NCBI GenBank assembly: GCA_964517135.1
Contig: CAZFBA010000003.1
Location: 140,863-204,862, forward strand
Direction of reading: 5' to 3'
DNA length: 64,000 bases
From: an uncultured Gammaproteobacteria bacterium
Lineage (GTDB): Bacteria > Cyanobacteriota > Vampirovibrionia > JBFMGH01
Shown: in pieces, positions 1-9,254 of the stretch
Numbering within the stretch: position 1 is the stretch's first letter
How the letters are laid out: each line of letters begins with the position of its first letter
Program-made: the position numbers and the translations under genes
The notes under the pieces: model-generated
What the model was told of the DNA's origin: nothing
Database searches by the model: none
What the model saw: the letters and a program-made list of their open reading frames with translations, nothing else

Positions 1-140
1 AGATCTACCTGTCTTATATCTACATTACCTGTTAGTTTAATTGTTTTATCATCTTTTTGTTCTGTTTTAAAGTAATGGAACCAGGCTATACCACTAATAA
101 CACCCAGTAATATGATAGTTATTATTAGTTTATGCTTCAT
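1..140 (-). CDS. partial CDS (N-terminus only, continues off the window); probable HlyD-family membrane-fusion/efflux adaptor protein
   Basis: Reverse-strand ATG at 140..138 translates to MKHKLIITIILLGVISGIAWFHYFKTEQKDDKTIKLTGNVDIRQVD..., a TM anchor followed by the L.GnG.ie.r.v motif typical of MFP/HlyD adaptors. Its start overlaps the TetR stop by 11 nt (operon). It is absent from the ORF track because it is truncated by the window edge. Confidence 0.4.
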   Translation of the reverse strand, partial: MKHKLIITIILLGVISGIAWFHYFKTEQKDDKTIKLTGNVDIRQVD

Positions 141-789
141 TGTTTTTCCTTTCAGTTTTATTATATTTTATTCCATCAAAGAAAATTTCCAGTGCATACA
201 CGGCATCAGAGGCCATAAGTTTTTTAATATCATCAATACCTTTGTCCTGATTATTTGAGACAGAATATTTAAACGCATATGGTGGATAAAATGCGACCAG
301 CATTAAATATAGCATATCTGAAATTCTTTTATAGTCAGCATATTCAGACATTTCACCGTTTTCAGCTGAGTTTTTAAGGAGTTTAGCAAGAATTTCTTTT
401 CTTTTTTCTATAAGATATTTGAATTTCTGATTAACTTGATATCTTGTATACATCAACCTGATATGTGTATCCACCTGAGTATTGGCCATTTTAAAGACTT
501 TTAAGATGTCTTCAAGAATTATTTCTTTTATAGCATTTAAATAAGGGGGTGACAGCTGTTCTATTTTCTCTTCAATTTCCTGAATACGTTGTTTGCCAAA
601 CCGCTCAATTATGGCGTGTAATATTTCCTGTTTGCTGCTAAAATCGATGTATACACTGCCTTTTGCAATCCCTGCCTTGTTTGCAATCTGTTCTATAGTG
701 GTTTTTTCAAATCCATTCTGGCTAAAAAGCTTTTGTGCTGCGTTTAGGATATCTTCTTTCCGGGTGATTTGTTCTTTTTTGCGTGCCAT
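130..789 (-). CDS. TetR/AcrR family transcriptional regulator
   Basis: N-terminal HTH signature KEDILNAAQKLFSQNGFEKTTIEQIANKAGIAKGSVYIDF typical of TetR_N; ATG start confirmed; co-directional with the radical SAM gene and the efflux adaptor. Confidence 0.85.
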   Translation of the reverse strand: MARKKEQITRKEDILNAAQKLFSQNGFEKTTIEQIANKAGIAKGSVYIDFSSKQEILHAIIERFGKQRIQEIEEKIEQLSPPYLNAIKEIILEDILKVFKMANTQVDTHIRLMYTRYQVNQKFKYLIEKRKEILAKLLKNSAENGEMSEYADYKRISDMLYLMLVAFYPPYAFKYSVSNNQDKGIDDIKKLMASDAVYALEIFFDGIKYNKTERKNNEA

Positions 790-984
790 TCTGGTATCCT
801 GTTTTTAAAATTCATTTAGAATAGTATGATACAAATTAATGACTGAATACCGTTTCCGGTCATTAATAATAATTGACCAAAATTATTTTCTGGTCAATAA
901 AAAGTTAAAAAATTGTATCAAAACCAATACTAAATGTTTATTGCCTTTAAGCAGTCCATTAAAGAATCCTAATGGGCAATGTCT

Positions 985-2502
985 TTACCCGGCTGTTTGT
1001 TCGGTGTCAGGTTCAATTAATGACTCTGTCAACTCTAGCTGCGGGAAAATCTTACTAAAATGTGCGTAATAAACTGTCATAGTAATTGCTTTTGAGAAGG
1101 CTCCAGGATATTTAAACAAGCTAATAAAAAACAATTTCCAGTAATATTTGCGGTGTTTCTGTATAACACCAAGTACACACATTGATTTAAGCAGTGCCAG
1201 GATGTGATTAAAGGTAATACGTTCTTTGTTATAGGCTTTATAATTACTTAAGAATGTTTGTACCCGCTCATAATATTTCTGAGGAGAATAAACACTTGCA
1301 ATAATGCTCTCATATCCTTTAATGAGAGTATCTACATCAATTTTAGGTAAAAAGTTAATTGAAAAATCAGTATTATTACCAGAACTATCTGATATCAGGC
1401 GATTTTCATTTTTTAGTCGTTCATAAAGCCTTGTGCCGGGCAGAGCCTGAAGCAGACCAACCATAGCAACTACTACGCCAGTTTTCTGTATAAACTCAAT
1501 CTGGCGTGCAAAGATAGTAGTATCATCACTATCAAAACCTACAATGAATCCACCTGATACTTCTATGCCATAATGCTGAATTTTGTTTACTGATGATACC
1601 AGGTCACGATTGCTGTTTTGAAACTTACCACATTCCTTAAGGCTTTCAACTGAAGGTGTTTCAAGGCCTACAAAAACTGAATCAAAGCCTGCATCACGCA
1701 TAAGCTCCATTAATTCTTTATCATCTGCCAGATTTAAAGAAACTTCTGTCATAAAACGCAGTTTCTGGCCAGTCCACTTTCTCCAGCGTATCAATGCTTT
1801 TAAAAGGCTTTTGGTTAGGGCTTTATTACCAATAAAATTATCATCAACGATAAATATGGGGTTTTTCCATCCCAGCCTGATAAGGGCATTGAGTTCTTTT
1901 ATAACCTGAATAGGCTTTTTAGTTCTGGGTATTTTTCCATTAAGTTTAACTATATCGCAGAATTCACAGTCAAAGGGGCACCCTCTGGAGTATTGTACAG
2001 GCATTTTCATATAGTGTTTAAGGTTTATTAAATTCCATTGAGGGACTGGTGAAAGCTTTATGTCAGGTTTAATCTCTGAAGTGTATACTCTTTGTGGATT
2101 ACCATTTTTAAGATCTTCTAAAAAGAGTGGCAGGGTAATTTCTCCTTCATCAAGTATAAAATGATCCACCTCGGGGTATTCTTCATAGAGGCTTGAAAAT
2201 AGTGGCCCGCCTGCAACCACTTTAGCTCCACAGGCTTTACACCTTGCTATAATTTCTTTAACAGATTCTTTCTGTGAAATCATTGCACTGATAAAGACAT
2301 AATCAGCCCATTGAATATTTTTATCCTTAAGTTTAGAGACATTCATATCAATGAGTTTCTTCTCAAATTTTTCTGGCAGGATAGAAGCTATAGTTAATAG
2401 GCCAAGAGGCGGCAATAATGCTTTTTTAGAGATAAATTTGAGTGAATGCTTAAAGCTCCAGAATGTTTCTGGAAAACCGGGATATACTAATAATATTCGC
2501 AT
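985..2502 (-). CDS. B12-binding domain-containing radical SAM protein
   Basis: N-terminal cobalamin-binding-like region (MRILLVYPGF...LPPLGLLTIASIL) followed by the radical SAM CxxxCxxC motif (YSRGCPFDCEFCDI); ATG start confirmed. Confidence 0.85.
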   Translation of the reverse strand: MRILLVYPGFPETFWSFKHSLKFISKKALLPPLGLLTIASILPEKFEKKLIDMNVSKLKDKNIQWADYVFISAMISQKESVKEIIARCKACGAKVVAGGPLFSSLYEEYPEVDHFILDEGEITLPLFLEDLKNGNPQRVYTSEIKPDIKLSPVPQWNLINLKHYMKMPVQYSRGCPFDCEFCDIVKLNGKIPRTKKPIQVIKELNALIRLGWKNPIFIVDDNFIGNKALTKSLLKALIRWRKWTGQKLRFMTEVSLNLADDKELMELMRDAGFDSVFVGLETPSVESLKECGKFQNSNRDLVSSVNKIQHYGIEVSGGFIVGFDSDDTTIFARQIEFIQKTGVVVAMVGLLQALPGTRLYERLKNENRLISDSSGNNTDFSINFLPKIDVDTLIKGYESIIASVYSPQKYYERVQTFLSNYKAYNKERITFNHILALLKSMCVLGVIQKHRKYYWKLFFISLFKYPGAFSKAITMTVYYAHFSKIFPQLELTESLIEPDTEQTAG

Positions 2503-2888
2503 AAATTTCTTTCTTTCTGGTGGGTTAAAAACAATTATAAGTTAATGCACAAATTGAATTTACTTAGTGTCTACAAGTGGGTTAAAATCCTTTAAAAATA
2601 AATATGCATCATATGTATATTATATAGTAAAAAAGGCTATTAACAAGAACAGTATTTTTTAAAGTTTTTATTAATAGGCCAGAATGTCCATTACACAGGC
2701 AAAGCATAATTTTAAAGTTTTATATTCAAAGAAATTTTTTTCAGTATTAAAAAATCATTCATTTAAATGATATTACAATTAGTTTACAAATGCACCTATT
2801 CAACAAATATTTATTATAATATTTGTAATGTATATTCATAATGTTGTTGAAAACTGTAATTCAATCTGAGTAAGGAGTTCAAAGATCT

Positions 2889-3437
2889 ATGGCCATATTC
2901 AATGCACCCGGAGAACAACAAACATCCCTCAAAAAATTAAAAAGATCTCATGCTACAAACCCTTCAAATACTTATTATACAACTATAAACGCAGGTGCCA
3001 ATCATTCAATTAACTCTTTGCCACTGTCAGGTTATCGCAAAGATATCCGAAATCTTCCAATTTATACCCAGTATGATATACCCGAGTCACATAAAAGAAT
3101 TGCAGACAGTTATCTTTTCGTTAGTCGTGTATTTGGTACGCCTGTTGTGCATAGCTCTCTGACAGAAGAAGAGAAGAAACACCTCATGAGATTTGATTTC
3201 TATACTCTTGAATATACAACATCACACCAGATGGAACAGGAACTCACTTTCCTTAAGAAATGGTCAAAAGAGAAAGATAAAGACCTCAGAGAAGCCGCTG
3301 ATAAAGTACTTCAAATACGCTCAAAAGAGCTCAAGCACATTATAGCAACCAATTATGTAACAGTAAAAAAAGATTTCTACGATGGCTACAAAGTTCTTGA
3401 TAGATATTTTAACGCCATATCAAAATACTCAAAGTAA
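2889..3437 (+). CDS. hypothetical protein (182 aa), no recognisable domain
   Basis: ATG with an AAGGAG-like sequence upstream; long ORF in a clear intergenic context; no motifs recognised. Confidence 0.4.
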   Translation: MAIFNAPGEQQTSLKKLKRSHATNPSNTYYTTINAGANHSINSLPLSGYRKDIRNLPIYTQYDIPESHKRIADSYLFVSRVFGTPVVHSSLTEEEKKHLMRFDFYTLEYTTSHQMEQELTFLKKWSKEKDKDLREAADKVLQIRSKELKHIIATNYVTVKKDFYDGYKVLDRYFNAISKYSK

Positions 3438-3674
3438 CAAAGCACTATCAACCTCTAATCGTCAGTGGGCTGATGCTTTTCAGCCCCTTTGCTTTTGCAG
3501 GCTAAATATGTTAAAATATATTACAAACAGGTAAGTATTTTCGTAGTATATCTAAATGTACATTAAAATTCGTCGACAATCCTTGTAGAATAAATAATTA
3601 GTTGAGGAAGAAAAAAGAATATTCTTACATCAAGCACATCAGTCAACCATAGCCCAGATGAGGAAAAGCTTTAA

Positions 3675-6600
3675 ATGATTCCAGCACGCCTGAAACTCGA
3701 AAATTTTATGTGCTTTTCTAATATAGATATAGATTTTAGCGGTCTAAAAACTGTATGCCTTACCGGCAAAAACGGTTCAGGCAAAACTTCTATTCTGGAC
3801 GCTATTACCTGGGCACTGTGGGAAAAAGCACGATCCAAAAGCGAGAAACTCATTAAACTCGGCAGAAATAACATGAAAGTCGAGCTGGAATTTTCAGTAG
3901 AAGGAACTAAATATAAAATAATTCGCTATTTTAGAAAAGGATCCTATAATAAAGGTCGCAAGCAAGCTAAAAACCTGCTGGAATTCTTTATGTATAACAG
4001 CAAAATTAAATCCTGGCAGCCACTGACAGGCAATAAATATGAAGAAACTCAGGAAAAGATAGTCAACACAATTAAAATGGATTTTGATACCTTCATCAAC
4101 AGTATATACATACGTCAGGGCTCACCAGATTCATTTATTACTAAATCTCCTGAAGAAAGAAAGTCTATACTGGCTGATATACTCGGGCTGGGAGAGTATG
4201 AAAAGCTATATAAACTGTCTTTAGAAAAAGCCAACAAACTCGAACAGGATGCTAAAATACTCAAAGAGCAGATCAACGAAGGCGAAGTAAGACAATTTTC
4301 TCTGAAAAAGCTTAAAACCGAAAAAGAAAACATACTGACAAAAATTCATTCTATTCAGGAACAACTGGAAAAAACCCTGAAAGAAAAAAAAGCACTGGAA
4401 GCCAAAAATCGTCACTACAGCGTTTTGCTGGAAAAGAAAAATCTCTATATCAATATTAAAAACCGGTATGAAGATGATATACACATAACAGGCCAGTATG
4501 TCGAGAATTTGCGAAAATCAAAGGTACGCTTTAAAGAGATGACATCACTTGAACACGTTATAGAAAAGCAATATGAGCATTATCTAAATCAAAAACAACT
4601 GCTGAAAGATCTCGATCAAAAAGAAAAAGAATATCACGCACTCAAAGACAGGCTTATAGAATACGGCAGCAAACAGATGATACAGCGCTACAGCGCAGAA
4701 CATGAGTATAAAAAACTCTGTGAAGAACTCGATGAAAAGCAACATCAGATAAATATTTATCGCCAAAGAGTCGAAAAGGCAGGCGAAATACAGCGCCAGT
4801 ATCTTGAATATAAAGATATAAAAGACAAAATTGATAACCTTGATCGATTTAAAGCTGAACGATGTGACCTTGAAGTTAATATTGCACGGCTTGAAACAGC
4901 CGTCAAAGAACAAAGAGAACATTTAAAAGATGAAGTCGCCCGGATAAAAATAACTGTCGATGAAATCGATAAGAAACTTGAAGCCAGAACAGAACTTGAA
5001 GAAAAGATTTCACTTCTCGAACAGGAAATAAAACAATACGATAAATATGAAGCAGAACTTGAGCGTATTCGAGAAAAAGGCCTTGCACAGCGAGAAATAG
5101 TTATTGACAGAGTTAATAAGAACTCTTTTCACGAGCTGAATCTCGATAAACTCAAAGATAAAATTGAATTGCTACAGAAAAACAACGCCAGAATAAACTG
5201 CCCGACCTGCGATGGAAAAGTATTAAAGCCAGATGACCTCATTAGAAAACTTGAATTCGAAATTGATAATATTATGATTCACGTGGAAAACAATGAAAAC
5301 GATATTTCTCTTGCTGAAGATGAAATTAAATTCTATCGTGTAGCCTATAAAGAGAAAAAGAAATACCTTGCGAAACGATCCAGTTTAATGTTTGAGCTTG
5401 CAGAACTCAAAGCACTGCATAAAAATCTGGAAATAGAAGAACAAAATAAAGCTAAACTGCTGGATGAAGTTAATTCCATTAATAATATGCTTGAAACAGA
5501 TATTTTTGCTGAAGAAGAGCGTGTGCAACTGATGGTTCTCTATGACCGCAGAAAACAACTCGAAGACCTTATGGCTAATTATCCTCAAATGAAGGAAAAA
5601 CTGGAAACACTCTCGTTTACTGAAAAAGCCCTTAAGGATATAGAAGAGGCAAGAAAGCAAATCAAACGCATAGAAGCAGAATTGCCCTATTACACCATGT
5701 CTAAACGTACACTGGAAAAAGAAATTAGCTCTAAAAATAATAAACCAGATAATGATGTTGCAAATGATGTCTATAACAAGCTTCTAGCACTCAACTATAA
5801 CCTTGATACTCATATAAACCTCCGGCAAGAACTCGCTAACTCACAGCAAATAGAGTATGATTACATTGAACTCCAATTCGCCAGACAACACCTGCCAGAA
5901 CTGGAAAATAATATTATCAAAATAGAAACCTCTCTCGATAAGTATCTTGAAGAAATAGACCGTCTTAATACAGAAATAAGTAAGCTAAGTCAGGAATTTG
6001 ATGACTCAGAAGACCTGAGAAAAAAACTCGAAGAGATTAATAATACCTGGAACATACTAACAGAAGACCTTCAAAAATATAATATCGAACTGGCTATCTT
6101 AAATGAACGAATTTCTGTTATTGATGAATCGCTTAATACCGTTAAAGCAAAGAAAATTGAACTGGATAAACTAAACAAAGATATCGAAGAATACCATCAA
6201 CTGGCTGTAGCATTCGGCAAAAAAGGTATACAGGACATTATTATAGAAAACTCATTGACTGAAATAGAGACAGAAGCCAACAAATACCTAACTAAATTGA
6301 CTGATAATGATATGAAACTTTCTTTGAACTCATGTAAAAGTAATAAAACCAGCACATATAACGACAAACTGGATATCTATATTGCTGATAACCAGGGCAC
6401 CCGTAGTTATGAGCTTTATAGTGGCGGTGAAACTTACAGAATAAACCTTGCTATACGACTTGCAATGGCTAAACTTCTGGCCAGAAGTCGTAATGTTAAA
6501 TTGCAATCGCTTATTATTGATGATGCATTTAATTCAGTTGATCCGGCTGGTCAAAAAAATGTCATTGATACGATTAACAGTATCAAAGGGGAGTTTGACC

Positions 6601-6704
6601 TTGTATTGCTTGTTGCCAGCCAGAAATTAGCCGAAACCAGCTTCCCGGGAAGAATCGAAATCTCTAAAGAAGCCGGTGAATCTTCAGTTGAAGTTGTTGC
6701 ATAA
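3675..6704 (+). CDS. SbcC/Rad50-family SMC-like ATPase (exonuclease SbcC-like)
   Basis: N-terminal Walker A (LTGKNGSGKTSILDA); very long central coiled coil with a CxxC zinc hook (NCPTCDGK) near the midpoint; C-terminal ABC signature (YSGGETYRINLAIRLA) and Walker B/D-loop (LIIDDAFNSVD). Confidence 0.8.
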   Translation: MIPARLKLENFMCFSNIDIDFSGLKTVCLTGKNGSGKTSILDAITWALWEKARSKSEKLIKLGRNNMKVELEFSVEGTKYKIIRYFRKGSYNKGRKQAKNLLEFFMYNSKIKSWQPLTGNKYEETQEKIVNTIKMDFDTFINSIYIRQGSPDSFITKSPEERKSILADILGLGEYEKLYKLSLEKANKLEQDAKILKEQINEGEVRQFSLKKLKTEKENILTKIHSIQEQLEKTLKEKKALEAKNRHYSVLLEKKNLYINIKNRYEDDIHITGQYVENLRKSKVRFKEMTSLEHVIEKQYEHYLNQKQLLKDLDQKEKEYHALKDRLIEYGSKQMIQRYSAEHEYKKLCEELDEKQHQINIYRQRVEKAGEIQRQYLEYKDIKDKIDNLDRFKAERCDLEVNIARLETAVKEQREHLKDEVARIKITVDEIDKKLEARTELEEKISLLEQEIKQYDKYEAELERIREKGLAQREIVIDRVNKNSFHELNLDKLKDKIELLQKNNARINCPTCDGKVLKPDDLIRKLEFEIDNIMIHVENNENDISLAEDEIKFYRVAYKEKKKYLAKRSSLMFELAELKALHKNLEIEEQNKAKLLDEVNSINNMLETDIFAEEERVQLMVLYDRRKQLEDLMANYPQMKEKLETLSFTEKALKDIEEARKQIKRIEAELPYYTMSKRTLEKEISSKNNKPDNDVANDVYNKLLALNYNLDTHINLRQELANSQQIEYDYIELQFARQHLPELENNIIKIETSLDKYLEEIDRLNTEISKLSQEFDDSEDLRKKLEEINNTWNILTEDLQKYNIELAILNERISVIDESLNTVKAKKIELDKLNKDIEEYHQLAVAFGKKGIQDIIIENSLTEIETEANKYLTKLTDNDMKLSLNSCKSNKTSTYNDKLDIYIADNQGTRSYELYSGGETYRINLAIRLAMAKLLARSRNVKLQSLIIDDAFNSVDPAGQKNVIDTINSIKGEFDLVLLVASQKLAETSFPGRIEISKEAGESSVEVVA

Positions 6705-6997
6705 AACACTATTCAGATGAAATAAATAAGCAAATAAACCATTTATAAAAATTTTAAAAGTGAAGATATGGATTAAACGAGCCGATTGGCCTGAGCTTTC
6801 AAGGCATAACTTTTCACCGGAATAAATCCACTTCGATAGCTCTGAATTCAGTTGCCTTTTGAGGGCAATCTGATATTATGACGTTTATTATACTAAACGA
6901 CATAAAAAATTAAACAATTCTAAAAGTGCCCTATATTTTCTGAAATCTGATTACTTATGACGTTGATTATATAAGAAAGATCTCTGAATAATTTAAA

Positions 6998-7066
6998 AGT
7001 TCACAGATTCAAGAAATTAGTGTCGATATTGCTGGAATCATTAATTTCTTAATTAATCAGAGGTTC
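6998..7066. repeat. intergenic repeat R1, copy 1 (second copy at 27788..27850)
   Basis: Shared block agttcWcagattcaagaaWttRgtg...gctggaatcattaatNNctt(W)attaatcagaggttc, about 85% identical between the two loci. Confidence 0.7.
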
Positions 7067-7200
7067 CAAGAGCTATTCTGAAAGTTTTTTTAACGTTTTT
7101 GAAAAAATTTAAAATTTATGCTTAAATATTAAAAATGCCATAAAAATAAGCCCATCTTATCTCTTCATCCACTAATACCTTCATCAACGGAGATTTAGCA

Positions 7201-8070
7201 ATGTTTAAAAACAATGTATTTTTAATTGTCGTATTTGTTATAGCCTTTTTAACGTTTTTTTCTCGCTCTAGCGGCTTACTGGCAAGTGCTGAAGAAAGTG
7301 AACCTCACTATCACGAAAACCTGATTGTTGAAACATTTAATATTAATAACTCTGATGAATATATAGACGATAATAGCCTCAAAGGAAAGATTGAAGAAAC
7401 TGATTATGAATTTGTTACCTTTTATTTTATACCTGAAAAACCCTTCAGCAAACTAGAAGACCTTTCAACAAACAGCTCCATAAAAATTTCAGAATTAGAA
7501 GAAATTAAAATAGTTAAATTAGATCAATTAACACCAACAGAAAGGCGATTAAAAAATATCGCAGGGTTTGTAGCTGTAGGAGGCATGGCTGTATCAACAA
7601 GTATTAACCGCTCTATGGGTGAGAAAAAAGCTCTCGGTAGAATAGCTGACAATTTTACCAGACCTATTGCCAGCCTTAAAGATGGATACAGGGCTGACGA
7701 TGGGCAGTTTCTGGTCAATTATGTCGGGCATCCGCTTGAGTTTTATTTGCTATCAAGCTATTTAAAAGCCGATGGGGCATCAGATCTTGAAACATTTTTA
7801 TTATGTCAGGCTGCAAACCTCAGCTGGGAATACCTGGTAGAAGGAACATATGTAAACCCATCACCGAAAGACCTTTTAACAGATACAGCCGGCACTATTG
7901 CAGGTATCATTCTCTATAAAACAGTACTCAGAAAACCAATCGATTATGCCTACAATAAGATTTCAGGCATTAGAGACACCTACGGTATAGAATTAACCCC
8001 GCAAATAAATTATAACGCTAATACAAAAGGGGCTCTTGTTGGCATTAAGCTTAAATTTGCCACGAAATGA
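7201..8070 (+). CDS. hypothetical secreted/membrane-anchored protein
   Basis: ATG with a GGAGA SD; N-terminal signal/TM segment (VFLIVVFVIAFLTFFSRSSGLLASA); no recognised catalytic motif. Confidence 0.5.
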   Translation: MFKNNVFLIVVFVIAFLTFFSRSSGLLASAEESEPHYHENLIVETFNINNSDEYIDDNSLKGKIEETDYEFVTFYFIPEKPFSKLEDLSTNSSIKISELEEIKIVKLDQLTPTERRLKNIAGFVAVGGMAVSTSINRSMGEKKALGRIADNFTRPIASLKDGYRADDGQFLVNYVGHPLEFYLLSSYLKADGASDLETFLLCQAANLSWEYLVEGTYVNPSPKDLLTDTAGTIAGIILYKTVLRKPIDYAYNKISGIRDTYGIELTPQINYNANTKGALVGIKLKFATK

Positions 8071-8122
8071 TAAATTTTTTAAACTAAAATAGGGCTTTTT
8101 AGCCCAATTTTATCAAATCTGT

Positions 8123-8506
8123 TTACTTAAGAAGTGCTCTAAGACGATTTTGCAACTCTGGTGATTGTTGTACAGCTGCTGCAAGCTGGTTAAATTCTTC
8201 CAGAGTAAATGTTGAATTTTTAACAACTTTTACCATTTCATCCTGCATTTGCTGCCTTAGAGGTTGCATTGATTCCCCTTTTTCCTGTGCGTTTTTAAGG
8301 GCGTTTGCATAAGAATTTTGAATTTTAATCAAATCATGTTGAACTTCAAGATAGTCTTTAAGTGTTTGATTTGATACTTCCTGTGCAGGTGTTTGTTGCT
8401 GAACTGGTGCTTGTTCAATGTTTTGAGGCTGGGGAGACTGTGCACTGACTTTAGATACTGATGCTACAATAAGTGCTAGTAATAATAACAGTGAAAATTT
8501 TCTCAT
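8123..8506 (-). CDS. hypothetical secreted Gln-rich protein
   Basis: Classic signal peptide (MRKFSLLLLLALIVASVSKVSA), then a Q/P-rich region and a helical C-terminus; convergent with the upstream gene across a shared weak hairpin at about 8088..8104. Confidence 0.5.
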   Translation of the reverse strand: MRKFSLLLLLALIVASVSKVSAQSPQPQNIEQAPVQQQTPAQEVSNQTLKDYLEVQHDLIKIQNSYANALKNAQEKGESMQPLRQQMQDEMVKVVKNSTFTLEEFNQLAAAVQQSPELQNRLRALLK

Positions 8507-8723
8507 AAGAACCTTCTTGTGTTATAGATAAACAACTTGACTAGTAAATCATATCTTCTGGGCGTTGTCAAACATGATTATAAATAAAGTTGGTATATTT
8601 AGCCTGTATTGCTCTGTGTAACACTTCAATAAAAACTATTTTCAAATATACACAGTAAAATTTTACAATAAACAAAGGCTTAAGAAATATTTATATAATC
8701 CATAAACTTGACTTTATAAGCAT

Positions 8724-9146
8724 TTATGACGCATTCTTGTTTCGTTCTTCTTTAATCTTACGGCTTATTTTCACAAGAAAAATCAGAAAGAATAGCAAGA
8801 TGACTCCCTGCCCGAGATAAAACACAAGGGTTAGCGGTGAACGCTTGCAATATTTGACTATTTTATCGTTTTTTGACCCTGTTTCAGCCAGCAGATAATA
8901 CAACGGATCTTCTTTATATTGCTCACAGATATATTCACTGGCTTTAAGCTCTTTTAACTTCTTTATTAGTGCAGAATCAGGCGATTTGGCACAAAAAATT
9001 TGTTCTTCAAACGCTTTGCATTTTTTATTGATAAAATCAGTATTCAGCTCATCAGCAAAAGATTTTAGCCCGGCAAAAGACAAAAATATGCCAGAAAAAA
9101 TGAAAATAATTATTATTTTCAAGTATCTGAATCTGTTGAGTTTCAC
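8724..9146 (-). CDS. hypothetical membrane protein
   Basis: GTG start preceded by AGGAGG at 9-nt spacing; N-terminal and C-terminal hydrophobic segments; Cys-containing soluble middle. Confidence 0.45.
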   Translation of the reverse strand: MKLNRFRYLKIIIIFIFSGIFLSFAGLKSFADELNTDFINKKCKAFEEQIFCAKSPDSALIKKLKELKASEYICEQYKEDPLYYLLAETGSKNDKIVKYCKRSPLTLVFYLGQGVILLFFLIFLVKISRKIKEERNKNAS

Positions 9147-9254
9147 CTGATAAATCCTCCTTTTGCAATATAATAATTGCTCAGAGATAAAATTTCCAGC
9201 TTCTGATAGAATCAGTCTTTGCAGTTACCACTCAGCTGTTGTAGCTATAATATC

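Noticed and set aside
593-1069. Track ORFs 593..808, 839..1069 and many similar 60-120-aa ORFs antisense to or overlapping large genes (e.g. 4115..4333, 4221..4484, 4584..4922, 12063..12965, 21193..21778, 33160..34362, 45366..45958, 52548..53862, 59316..60384)
   Set aside because: These ORFs lie inside or antisense to long, motif-supported CDSs. Their compositions are low-complexity Phe/Leu/Ile-rich, as expected from AT-rich antisense frames, and they have no SD or conserved motifs. I treat them as spurious.
2804-2825. AT-only palindrome CAAATATT-tattat-AATATTTG in the rSAM/2889 divergent spacer as a TetR operator
   Set aside because: Palindromes of this composition are expected by chance in A/T-rich intergenic DNA. 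It is mentioned only as a candidate within finding 1 and is not annotated as a feature.
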